From Chiloscyllium plagiosum (lineage: Eukaryota): a stretch of DNA of 42,378 nucleotides. The stretch spans positions 3,226,625 through 3,269,002 of the forward strand of contig NC_057760.1 in the NCBI RefSeq assembly GCF_004010195.1, written 5' to 3'. Every line of letters starts with the position of its first letter. Within the stretch, counting starts at the first letter, position 1. The notes beneath the pieces were generated by a model. The model saw nothing but the letters and a program-made list of their open reading frames with translations. It was not told the origin of the DNA and did not search any database. Positions 21,966-42,378 of this stretch are shown here, piece by piece. Both the position numbers and the translations under genes were made by a program.

Positions 21966-23309
21966 AATCTGGGACCCTGTGGGAGTCCCCTTGTCTCCTA
22001 AACCCAGGTGTCAGTCTTTGGCCAATTTGATTGGATTTGTGATATCAAGAATTAACTGAAGGCACTGGATAGCAAAGGCTATTGGCTGATATTTCTGCAC
22101 TAACAGCTCCCTCTCTTGCTAGTAACAGTTCCCCCCTCCTCCATTTCCTGCTACCACTGCACTGGCCTCCAATGTCTGCATGTGGCAGTGACTTTCTGAA
22201 GCTGAGGTCAGTGGTTCTGCACACTGACTGGAGTGCACGGACCCTCCAAGCGTCTGGAGGGAATACTGCCCTCGTCTTTAATGACTCTTCTCCTTCAACA
22301 ACAACAACTTGGAAACACTGACAACAAAATTAAGAAGCTTTAAAAGCAAACATTCATTTACACTGAGGTTGGCAACAGGTCTGGGGTACGCAGTCCCCCT
22401 TGCCAAGCTCACCTTCATAACCAAACATTTGCCGGTTTCGGCTATCCGTGTCAAAGGGATGTAGAATACCTCTCGTCTCATCAGGTTTTGGAAAGCCTTT
22501 GCAATGTTAGCTCTCTGCCCCTCCTCCATTTAACACGAACTAGCTTACCTTCTGCAATTGCACACGTTACAGATTAAAACATGTTCTTTAGGGGACTGAC
22601 CACCATCCATGGGCAAGAGCATGAGGTTAAGGACTGATTGTGGAGTGAGGTAAGTGATACAAGGACAGGGAAAGCACAGAGACACTGTGGAGCTCAACCA
22701 CGTCGCTCTCATTTCTCTCGATTGTAGATATAATTAGCTGGGTAATCGCGGTTTTAAATGTGTGAGTTAGACAGTGTCACCAACAAACACTTTTTAAACA
22801 CAGTTATCAATAACTAATGAGTCACTTTGGTATTTTTAGCTAATTTTCATTTCCAGATTTGATAACTGTTATTTGTTTTTATTTGAACTGATGATATTTG
22901 TAACCGACTGTGTGTAATCTATATGTACGTTCTGTGTTCCTGAGCAGATGCTGTAAGCATGTTGTGTTTCTGGTGTAAGTGTGTTGTGTTTCTGTGCACA
23001 AACTGTACCTGTGCATGTTCGCTGTGCTACATAGTGAAGCTGTGACAGCTGACAGTCACAGTCTAATACTCATGTATAGGGACAGCATTTTGTGGCTTTC
23101 TTGTTCAGACAGACGGTAAATTGAAACCTCAACGGTATTGTCCTTACTCTGTCCTCACTCAGTGAAACAGGAGTGTAAAAATGTAAGGTTAGAATGGAAC
23201 TGTTTTGCTCTCACTCGACTCCTGCTTTTCCACTCATCGATTCCCAGATGCCAACGCTGTCCGTGCACAAATGGCCAGAGACTCCCTTGATGTCACAGTA
23301 AATGCACCA

Positions 23310-24305
23310 ATGTCTACAGGGGTAGTGCCAGAAGATTGGAGGGTAGCAAACATTGTCCCCCTGTTCAAGGAGGGGAGTACAGACAACCCTGGGAATTATA
23401 GACCAGTGAGCCTTACTTCGGTTGTTGGTAAAGTGTTGGAAAAGGTTATAAGCGATAGGATTTATAACCATCTGTAAAGGAATAAGTTGATTAGGGGATA
23501 GTCAACATGGCCTTGTGAAGGGTAGGTCGTACCTCAGAAACCTTATTGAGTTCTCTGAGAAGGTGACCATGGGGTGGATGAGGGTAAAGTGGTCGATATA
23601 GTGTATATGGATTTCAGTAAGGCATTTGATAAGGTGCCCTGTGGTATGCTGAAAATACGGAGGCACAGGACTGAGGGTGATTTAGCTGTTTGGATCAGAA
23701 ATTAGCTAGCTGAAAGAAGACAGGGGATGTTGGTCGATGGGAAATGTTCATCCTGGAGTTCAGTGGTGTACCGCAAGGATCTGTTTTGGTCCACTGCTGT
23801 TTGTCATATTTATAAATGATCTGGCTGAAGGCTTAGAAGGATGGGTTAGTAAATTTGCGGATGATACTATGGTTAGTAGATTGTGGATCGTACTGAAGGA
23901 TGTTATAGATTACAGAGAGACATAGATAAGCTGCAGAGCTGGGCTGAGAGGTGGCAAATGGAGTTTAATGTGGAAAAGGAGCAACAGGAATACAGAGTAC
24001 TGGGCTAATGGTAAGATTCTTGGTAGTGTAGATGAGCAGAGAGATCTCAGTGTCCATATACACAGATCCCTGAAAGTTGCCACCCAGGTTGACAGGGTTG
24101 TTAAGAAGGCATACAGTGTTTTAGCTTTTATTAATAGAGGGATCGAGTTTCGGTACCATGAGGTTATGGTGCAGCTGTACAAAACTCTGGTGCAGCCGCA
24201 CTTGGAGTATTGTGTACAGTTTTGGTCACCGCATTATAAGGAGGATGTGGAAGCTTTGGAAAGGGGTCAGAGGAGATTTACTAGGATGTTGCCTGGTATG
24301 GAGGC
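23310..24305 (+). mobile_element. CR1/HER1-like LINE ORF2 fragment
   Basis: VPEDWRVANIVPLFKEG...[35 protein letters not shown]. Confidence 0.92.
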
Positions 24306-24316
24306 AGGACCCCTTC

Positions 24317-24816
24317 NNNNNNNNNNNNNNNNNNNNNNNNNNNNNNNNNNNNNNNNNNNNNNNNNNNNNNNNNNNNNNNNNNNNNNNNNNNNNNNNNNNN
24401 NNNNNNNNNNNNNNNNNNNNNNNNNNNNNNNNNNNNNNNNNNNNNNNNNNNNNNNNNNNNNNNNNNNNNNNNNNNNNNNNNNNNNNNNNNNNNNNNNNNN
24501 NNNNNNNNNNNNNNNNNNNNNNNNNNNNNNNNNNNNNNNNNNNNNNNNNNNNNNNNNNNNNNNNNNNNNNNNNNNNNNNNNNNNNNNNNNNNNNNNNNNN
24601 NNNNNNNNNNNNNNNNNNNNNNNNNNNNNNNNNNNNNNNNNNNNNNNNNNNNNNNNNNNNNNNNNNNNNNNNNNNNNNNNNNNNNNNNNNNNNNNNNNNN
24701 NNNNNNNNNNNNNNNNNNNNNNNNNNNNNNNNNNNNNNNNNNNNNNNNNNNNNNNNNNNNNNNNNNNNNNNNNNNNNNNNNNNNNNNNNNNNNNNNNNNN
24801 NNNNNNNNNNNNNNNN
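24317..24816. other. Assembly gap (500 N, likely placeholder size)
   Basis: N run. Confidence 0.99.
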
Positions 24817-24950
24817 GGCGTGTCGAAGTTCCATGGCACCGCGCGGGGTCAATCGATGGGGCGCGGCCAATGGGAAGGCAGTGCCAATGTGGGCGTGGCG
24901 TGCAGTGATGACGGGGCGTGTCTGTCCATAGCTACTTCCGCATTCCCCAT
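24817..24950. promoter_or_regulatory. CpG-rich core promoter edge (probably PLEKHO1, or a gene hidden in the adjacent gap)
   Basis: Dense CpG; CCAAT at 24867 and 24884; GC/KLF boxes gggcgtggc (24891) and ggggcgtgtc (24913); TGACG (24909); ETS-like acttccg (24934); imperfect RFX X-box gttccatggcac (24828); directly abuts the N-gap. Confidence 0.65.
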
Positions 24951-25013
24951 GGATGGCTGGATGGACGGATGGATGGAAGTGTTTGTTTCCCTTCGCGCTG
25001 TGTTTGAAATGTT

Positions 25014-25197
25014 ATGATGATGTGGAGGAGCCGGTGCTGGACTGGGGTAGACAAAGTTAAAAATCACACAACACTAGGTTAGAGTCCAAATTAGGTTATA
25101 GTACAACAAGTTTAATTACAAGCACACTAGCACAAACCTAGTGCTTCCAATTAAACCTGTTGGACTATAACCTGGTGTGGTGTGATTTTTAACTTTG
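25014..25197. mobile_element. Palindromic Penelope-like element (same family as 4617), central ribozyme region deleted; 11-bp TSD
   Basis: caaagttaaaaatcacacaac... versus ...gtgtgatttttaactttg; tttgaaatgtt at 25003-25013 and 25194-25204. Confidence 0.8.
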
Positions 25198-26319
25198 AAA
25201 TGTTGAAAGGCATTGTTAGTGTGACGGCCCAGGAAACCAAGCCCCCCCACTATTGCCCTGGTCGCCACAGAAGTTAAAGTTGGTAAAGGAATCCCACTAA
25301 CTCCCTCAGGATTGAGGGAGGCAGTCAGAACTCACAGCCTTGATCCCAGGACTTCAGAAGAATCACTCACATCAGACCGATGCAGTTGCTGGAAATCTGA
25401 AACAAAGAATTCACATTCTGTCTCGAAACCTCACTCTCTTCAAAGACCAATTGAGTTTCTCCAGCGTTTTCTGTGGTTTGCAACAACCATTGTACTCCAA
25501 CTACAGACAACACTTTACAAATTAACCACACCCGTTCCCCCCCCCCCCCAACCGCACAAACATAAACTGAAAAAACACATTGGTGGTGGGAAAACAGTTC
25601 CATTATTTTTGTTGACAAGATCTGTCGGGTTAATTGATGTTAATCCAAAAGTTTCTCCTCAACCTTTCTCTGTGTGCTTCCACTGACATGCAAGAGGCTT
25701 TGATTTATGAAAAGTCTCTTGACTTACTTTATAATCACAACTTGCAGCACGGTTGTAGCTGGCTTTCTTCAGGTTAAAGTGGCTTGCTGTAAAGAACGGT
25801 GTGTTTTCTCTACTGCAGACCTGCTGCTATCTCTTCTGACAAAGCTTCCGCGTCTTACAGTCCAAGCTGTTCAGCTAGGTGACACCCAATCACCTTGATG
25901 TTGGCAGATGGAGGATTAATTAGCTCCATTAATTGGATGGCTGGTTTGCATATTGAGTAATTCTAACGGACTGGGTTCAATTCCTGCACCAGTTGGGGTC
26001 CCCATCAAGGACTCTCCTTCCAGTTCCCTCACCTGGCCTGAGGTACAGTGACGCCTGTGCTAAGACAATAGGCCACTAGGGCAAGGTGACTATACCAGGA
26101 GCTGGGCCATCAGTGCAAGGGAAAGTTGGCACAGCCACAGCTTCACAATGACCAATACTCCGACAGCATTTCATGTCAATTCATTTTGCAAAATCACAAC
26201 AAAGACAAACTAATATTCATCCCATTCTCTGAAGTCTGCTTGTGCTTACCCTTCCCTGGCCCTGCTACAAGACTCTTGCCAGCAGCTTCATTGAACTCTG
26301 TGCACCAAGAACATAAGAT

Positions 26320-26640
26320 CCATAGAATCCCTACAGTGTGGAACAGGCACTTCAGCTCAACAAGTCAACACTGACCCTCTGAAGAGTAACCCACCCAGAC
26401 CCGTTTCCTACATTTATCCTGGACTAATGCACCTATCCTACACATTCCTGAACACTCTGGGCAATTCCACATGGCCAATTCACCTAACCTGCACATCTTT
26501 AGACCATGGGAAAAAACTGGTTCACCTGGAGGAAACCCACACAGACACGTGCAAACTCCACACAGACTGTCGGCTGAGGGTGGATTCAAACCAGAGTCCC
26601 TGGTGCTGTGAGGCAGCAGTGCTAACCACTGAGCCGCCCC
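26320..26640 (-). mobile_element. HE1-like SINE (diverged)
   Basis: Similar to the 20941 and 40446 copies. Confidence 0.85.
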
Positions 26641-27039
26641 AAATAGGATGTAGGAACAGAGGCCATTAAGCCAGTCAAACTTGATACCGCCGGGAGCAGC
26701 AGTGTCCCACAAATACAAGATGCACTGCAGATGTTCACCAAAGATCATTAGTCAGCACCTTCCAAACCCATGACTATTTTCATTTCAAAGGACAAGGGTA
26801 ACAGGTATATAGGAACACCACCAAGATTCCCTCCAAGCCACTCACTATCGTGAATTGGAAATATGATGCCGTTCTTCACTGGGTCAAAATTCTGGAACTC
26901 CCTCCCTAAAGGTATTGTGGGTACAGCACATGGTCTGCAGAAGTTGAAGAAAGCAGTTCACCACGACTTTCACAAGTGCAACTAGCCTAGGCAATACATT
27001 TTGCCCCATCAGCAACATCCACCCCCCCTTCCTCCCCCC

Positions 27040-27632
27040 AGGTGAATAAAGAAGGTCTGCTCTGTCATTCAATGAGGTCATGGCTGATCTGATAATCCTC
27101 AACTCCACGTTCCTGCATTTCTTTCCATAACTCTCTATTCTCTTCCTGATTAAAAAATCTTTCTCTGCCTTTAATATAGTTAATGAACCAGTTTCAGCAG
27201 CCTTGCGTGCTAAAGTATTCCACAGATACACTACACTCAGAAGAAATTCCTCATGTCAATCTTAAAAGGGTGACCCCTCATTCGGAGATTATTCACCATG
27301 GTCCTGGATTCTCCCACATGGGGAGAAAACCACCTTTCCACATTACCCTGCCAAGTTCCATGAGAATCTCATATGCTACAATAAGTTCACCTCTCTCTCT
27401 TCTAAGCTCCAATGAGTAAAGGACCAACCTCCTTGACCTGTCAATAGGACAGTCCCTCCATAGCTGGATCAGTCCAGGGAACCCTCTCTGAACTGCCTCC
27501 AATCTCACTGTACCTTTCCTACAATAAAAGGCCCAAAACTGTTCAGTGTTCCACTTGAGGTTTGGGTTTAGCAAGACCTCTGCAATGTTATAGTTTATTC
27601 TCTTTGAAATGAAGGCCAACATTCCATTTGAA
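27040..27632 (-). mobile_element. Decayed CR1-clade LINE 3' fragment
   Basis: ORF remnants MLAFISKRINY, LYSLELRRERGELIVAYEIL, LWNTLARKAAETGSL. Confidence 0.8.
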
Positions 27633-29068
27633 CACTCCAGACTCTCTCACATAAACTCTCTCCCTCTCTGCCCACCAGAAACACCGTCCCATTGGCTTGC
27701 TACCTCTACCCAACCCTGGCTCCCTCAGAGGGCACTTTCTGCCAGTGTTTGGGAGGGGCTACCTGTGCTCACGTCACAACAAAAGCAAAGTAATACAGGT
27801 ACTGGAAAATGGGAAGAAAACCCAAAAGGTGAAGACAATCAGCATGTCAGGCTGCATCTGTGGAGCGACAAACAGAGTTAACATCTTCAGTCTGGTATGA
27901 CTCTCCAAACCTTCTCTTAAGCACTAGATCAGGAACATATCAGGAACAGGCTGGAGTTATGAAGCTATTTTATGATTTAATCAGGTTTGTAAACAGGAGG
28001 TTAATGGATTGTCATCATGCTCAAACTGTTCCTTTCTCCAAAATGTCAATGAAAATACATATTGGAACTTTTTTTGGGTTTGACATGGTTCCAACTAATT
28101 GATGGTCGCAGTTATTCACGTTCACTTCAAGGAAAATACTGGACTGTGTTACAGTTGGGTTTGGTCCTGTTCTGCTTGAACAGCATTCACACATTGTGCT
28201 TGGGTTTTCAGCTGGGAAAAGCCAGCTAAAGAACAAGCTGCTCAGGTCCCATGTCCGGTTTCTGATGGACATTTGATGTAGGTCAGAGTGAAACCTGTAT
28301 GTTCTTCTGGAACAGTGACTGAATGATCTGTTCAATATTGTACTTCCTGAGCAAGCTGTGTCTACCAAAACCACAGATACAACCACATGATTTAACCACA
28401 GGCAACTGACATAATGGAATATTCTGTATCATGCCTTTTATTTGCCTTCAAGATTATAGTTGTCATAAAAGATGAAGCTCCACAGAAGGAGGTGGAGCCT
28501 TCTAGCCTTTTACCTGAATCGTGTGAACGCTGTTTTGTGTGAAAGGGCATTTAAATAGAAAGGTCTTATGAAATGGTAACATATTTTCATATTATTTTGA
28601 TTATATACAAAATCAATAATCGCTATTTGCTGAATAAACTTGCCTGATGCACCTTTTTATTTGGAGTCTATCAGAGTTTTTGTTTTAATTGTGATCTGTG
28701 GAGGAGTGAGACGAGAGTGACAATGCACCTCTCCCTCCCTGACCCTGCAAGGGATGGAATCAGAGACCTTTCTGCTCATTGAGACTCAGGACCCCACGTG
28801 AGGGTTGGGAAGAGGCAGTGTGTTAAGACCTTATTAAGCTTGGTTTGACTGTCGAAGATTTTAAAGGCTGATTGATAATCAGCTAAGAATATGAAAATGG
28901 AATGGGACTAGATAACTAATAGCATCTGTGATAGGAATCTGGGGACAAGACCTGTCCCACGAATCACTGGTGATTTTACAAGACCGCAAGTTGCTTGAAA
29001 ACATTTCCAGAGCCCGATTCATCTCCCTGATGTTTACAAGGTGAAGAGGTAAAAATCAAAAACACAGT

Positions 29069-29090
29069 TTTATTCATTTTTCAGTTTATT
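29069..29090 (-). terminator. Candidate distal polyadenylation signals (two AATAAA) of OTUD7B
   Basis: tttatt at 29069 and 29085, followed on the minus strand by a GU/U-rich element ctgtgtttttgattttt. Confidence 0.5.
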
Positions 29091-30428
29091 CCAAAAATAG
29101 TGTGATTAAAGAAATGTCCTATGTTCTGTACATTCTAACTAACATACAGCATTCAAAATTTACAGAAAGTCATGTGTGTTACACACTGGACCTTTCAAAC
29201 CTCAGAGATAAACAACACTCAGCAGTCTCAGTCACCTCCATGGGGACTTGGGGGGAGGGGGGGGCGGGGGGGGGGAATGAAAACTTCTGGAAGGATCTGG
29301 CTGCTCATGTGAGGCTTTAAAAATTATTAACTTTGTACAGCATCAATTTACAATTCTCATCAACAAGGCAACTAGGTTCCAAGGCCCAGACCTGAATGGT
29401 TACTCCTGGCCCCCAGAAACTGCAAGGCTGAGACCTTCAACCTGCAGTCGATTGGTGTTCAAGTGCCACCAGAACTCTGTGCCCAAACTTGGTTTCACTA
29501 AATATTATCTCTTTCCAATTTCACCCTCAATTCTACCATAAAAAAACAACATTCAAGGTTTCTAAATGCAAAAGTAGCAATAATAAAGAGACAGCTCACA
29601 GTGTTGAACTGTTGTGTTTAATGTATCTTACTTCCTTTGGTGACCCACTTGTGCATCCTAGCAGACAGCTCTCACTAAATGCACAGGTTAGGTATGCCAA
29701 GTGACTATGATGTTGGGGGTGGCTCTATAGGTTTTGCAATGTGACATGAACATCAATTGCACATCCTGTTCGACCCCCAAGAAGTAAAGAGCAGCAGTGA
29801 GTCATCAGTTCGAGATCCACGTCTGTACCTTCCTGACTCGGCACAGGAGCAAGAGATTGGGAGTTGGAGTTAGTGACACCAATCATTCCCCCTCCTTCTC
29901 GAGCTCTCTCCTGAGGACAGTCACGGTGGGGGCAGCATCGGAGAGAAACTGAACACTGACTGGTGGGAAAGATTATGCTCAATACAGGCTTCTGGATGGC
30001 CATGTGTCGAGTTGCTCACTTTCTGTGGCATTGAGTAATCCAGTGAGAATGGAACTGACGTAGCAGGCTCCATGACAATAACTTACACTTCAAAGCTGAA
30101 CATCTCCATTCGGACTGGGGGTGGGGGGAAATAAGGGACAGTGGATTGGGATTAGTGTTATAGGGAAAGTGATGAAGGTGAGACCAAGAGAGCATTCTCT
30201 GCCACCATCCCTCTCACAGATAACCCTGGCATCACACACCTCCTTCGATCCTGATGCAGAGAAGTGGAACTCCTCTTTCATATGGATGTAGGAATGCTGG
30301 GATGGTTTGAGAGCAGAGATCAGAGCTGCAGAGACAATCCTTAAACTCATTTGTGACAGAGCAGCACTGCCTCAGCACTGACCCTCTGACAGTGCTGTAA
30401 CACTGAACCATGGTCGTCACAGAAATCT

Positions 30429-30434
30429 TTTATT
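30429..30434 (-). terminator. Candidate proximal polyadenylation signal (AATAAA) of OTUD7B
   Basis: First minus-strand AATAAA I found downstream of the stop, in an AT-rich tract. Confidence 0.45.
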
Positions 30435-30744
30435 GCTGCCATTTACTTTAAATAAATGGAGAGACATTTGTTTTCTACTCAATTAATAAACTCTAAACAA
30501 AACATTATTCAACGTGGCTAGATCCTGGTTATGATTAGTTGGCAGTTAACTTCAGGGAGAAAAGCTAACAGAGCACCTCTTGTTATAATCTCTGGGGATA
30601 TGTCAGTGATGGGAATTGTTGCATGGACGGAGCTCCAGACCTGATCAGTTGTTATCCAGGCTGTAACGCATGGTTTAACAATCATTTCTGGAAGCAGCAG
30701 GAATTACAGCACTTTGCAATCTTACTGACAGGACAAGGAGAAAG

Positions 30745-31305
30745 AGCAAGTGTGCAAGGGGACACGCGTGCGCGTACACACACAGCGAGTGTGCAGGGAG
30801 AGATCGCGTGCGCGTACACACACAGCGAGTGTGCAGGGAGAGATCGCGTGCGCGTACACACAGCGAGTGTGCAGGGAGAGGTCATGTGTGCACGTATACA
30901 CACAGCGAGTGTGCAGGGAGAGATCGCATGCGTGTACACACACAGCGAGTGTGCAGGGAGAGGTCATGTGTACACGTACACACACAGTGTGCAGGGAGAG
31001 GTCACGCGTGTGCGAACACACAGCAAGTGTACAGGGAGAGGTCACGCGTGCGCATACACACACAGCGAGTGTGCAGGGAGATGTCACGGCGCGTACACAG
31101 CGAGTGTGCAGGGAGAGGTCACGTGTGCGTACACACAGCGAGTGTGCAGGGAGAGGTTGCGTGCGCGTACACACAGCGAGTGTGCAGGGAGAGGTCACGC
31201 GTGTGCAGACACACACAGCGAGTGTGCAGGGAGAGGTCATGTATGCGCGTGCGCGCGCGCGCACACACACACACACACACTCAGCAAGTGTGTGCAGGGA
31301 GAGGA
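30745..31305 (+). repeat. CpG-rich ~38-42 bp minisatellite (CACACAGCGAGTGTGCAGGGAGAGGTCACGCGTGCGCGTA), ~14 units, in the probable OTUD7B 3'UTR
   Basis: Direct inspection; includes a (GC)n(AC)n run at 31245-31280. Confidence 0.93.
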
Positions 31306-32038
31306 TGCCTGCACCATTATTATTAGCTGTGAGTATTTCCAGATGACCCACAGAGCCAGCTCACCCCCATCGCAGAGAGGCATCTGTACATTCTTCCATC
31401 TGCTCCCATGACTTTCTTGTTTTACTCCATGCAGATAAGATCATGGCTATCTGTGGCTCTGTCTGGAAGCCTCAGGCCTTGCTCCAATATCCAACAGCAA
31501 CAATGCAGGGCCTGCATTGGATACCGGAGATTGTGAGACCTCTGTCAGTTATAGGCCACACTGAGGGTGAGCACAGCCTCTCGAATGCCAGCCAGCGTTC
31601 CTGCTTTATGCTGCAGTCTCTCTCCATGAGGTTCCTGCTGTGGTTCAGGTTGGGGACAGAGGGGACAAAGTGGGGGCTTGTGCCTCTGTGGAGTGTTCTG
31701 GAGGGAAGGAGTGAAATACCAACAGTTTCTGCCTTGCATGTCACACGTAACGCTCAGTAAACCAAAACTACCAACCAACATCTCTGCAAACTATACAGCT
31801 GGTGTGTGGGGGGGGGGGGGGGGGAAGGTTACTGCAGAAATAAAGGAGGCAAGATCAAAAGAAAAAGTTAACATTTCAAAACTCGTACTTTCGCCTAACG
31901 TGGACTCTCCCAGGGCCTGAACTGACTCTGGCCCCTACCCGTGGGATCTTCCTCCTCTGCCCCTTACCTCCAGGAGCAGCCATTATTGCATCTCCCATCT
32001 TGTGCTCAGAGCCTGAGCTGCAGGATAAAGTGCTGAGC

Positions 32039-42202
<10,164 letters not shown>

Positions 42203-42378
42203 CTGCTCAAAGCAAAACATTCCCATTAAATGGCAGAATTAAACAAAACCCTCATTCTATTTATCGCTATTCTCACACTGCTGGGAAATAGGGCGCTCAC
42301 AATGCTCCTCCCTTTACACCCCCCTACCACACACCCACCCACCCCCAACCACCCCTCCACACAAACACACCCACCCTC

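Noticed and set aside
22278..22560. ORF MEEGQRANI...VMK followed by a gtgagc donor-like site (and gtaagc at ~22548) as an alternative PLEKHO1 first exon
   Set aside because: No similarity to CKIP-1 or PLEKHO2 N-termini and no promoter features; unsupported without RNA data.
30623..31411. 170-262 aa Cys/His-rich repetitive ORFs resembling zinc fingers
   Set aside because: Open in nearly all frames because the minisatellite lacks stops; no C2H2 spacing; lies in the probable 3'UTR.

Overview
Vertebrate genomic DNA from a cartilaginous fish: the HE1-type SINEs, CR1/HER1-type LINEs and Penelope relics point to a shark, possibly a carpet shark (inference). It is a draft assembly with four N-gaps. 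Two spliced protein-coding genes lie on the minus strand. OTUD7B (Cezanne, OTU deubiquitinase with a C-terminal A20 zinc finger) has 9 coding exons at 42202->32039; its 5' exons lie beyond the right edge. PLEKHO1 (CKIP-1, PH-domain adaptor) has 4 coding exons at 14837->3794; its first exons were not found and probably sit in the 24317-24816 gap, which abuts a CpG/CCAAT/GC-box promoter. The rest is mostly repeats: a 47-bp satellite, a 70-bp tandem repeat, two minisatellites, SINEs, LINE fragments and short Penelope-like elements. The most notable non-coding signals are (i) minimal type I hammerhead-ribozyme cores in the Penelope-derived elements, one of them sense to PLEKHO1 and locked in a ~70-bp hairpin near the last exon; (ii) exact, register-preserving micro-inversions in the 47-bp satellite; (iii) a hairpin-array minisatellite in the probable OTUD7B 3'UTR; and (iv) an OTUD7B-PLEKHO1 tandem arrangement without VPS45. 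There is no CRISPR array or prokaryotic system. I cannot claim a wholly new system from sequence alone.
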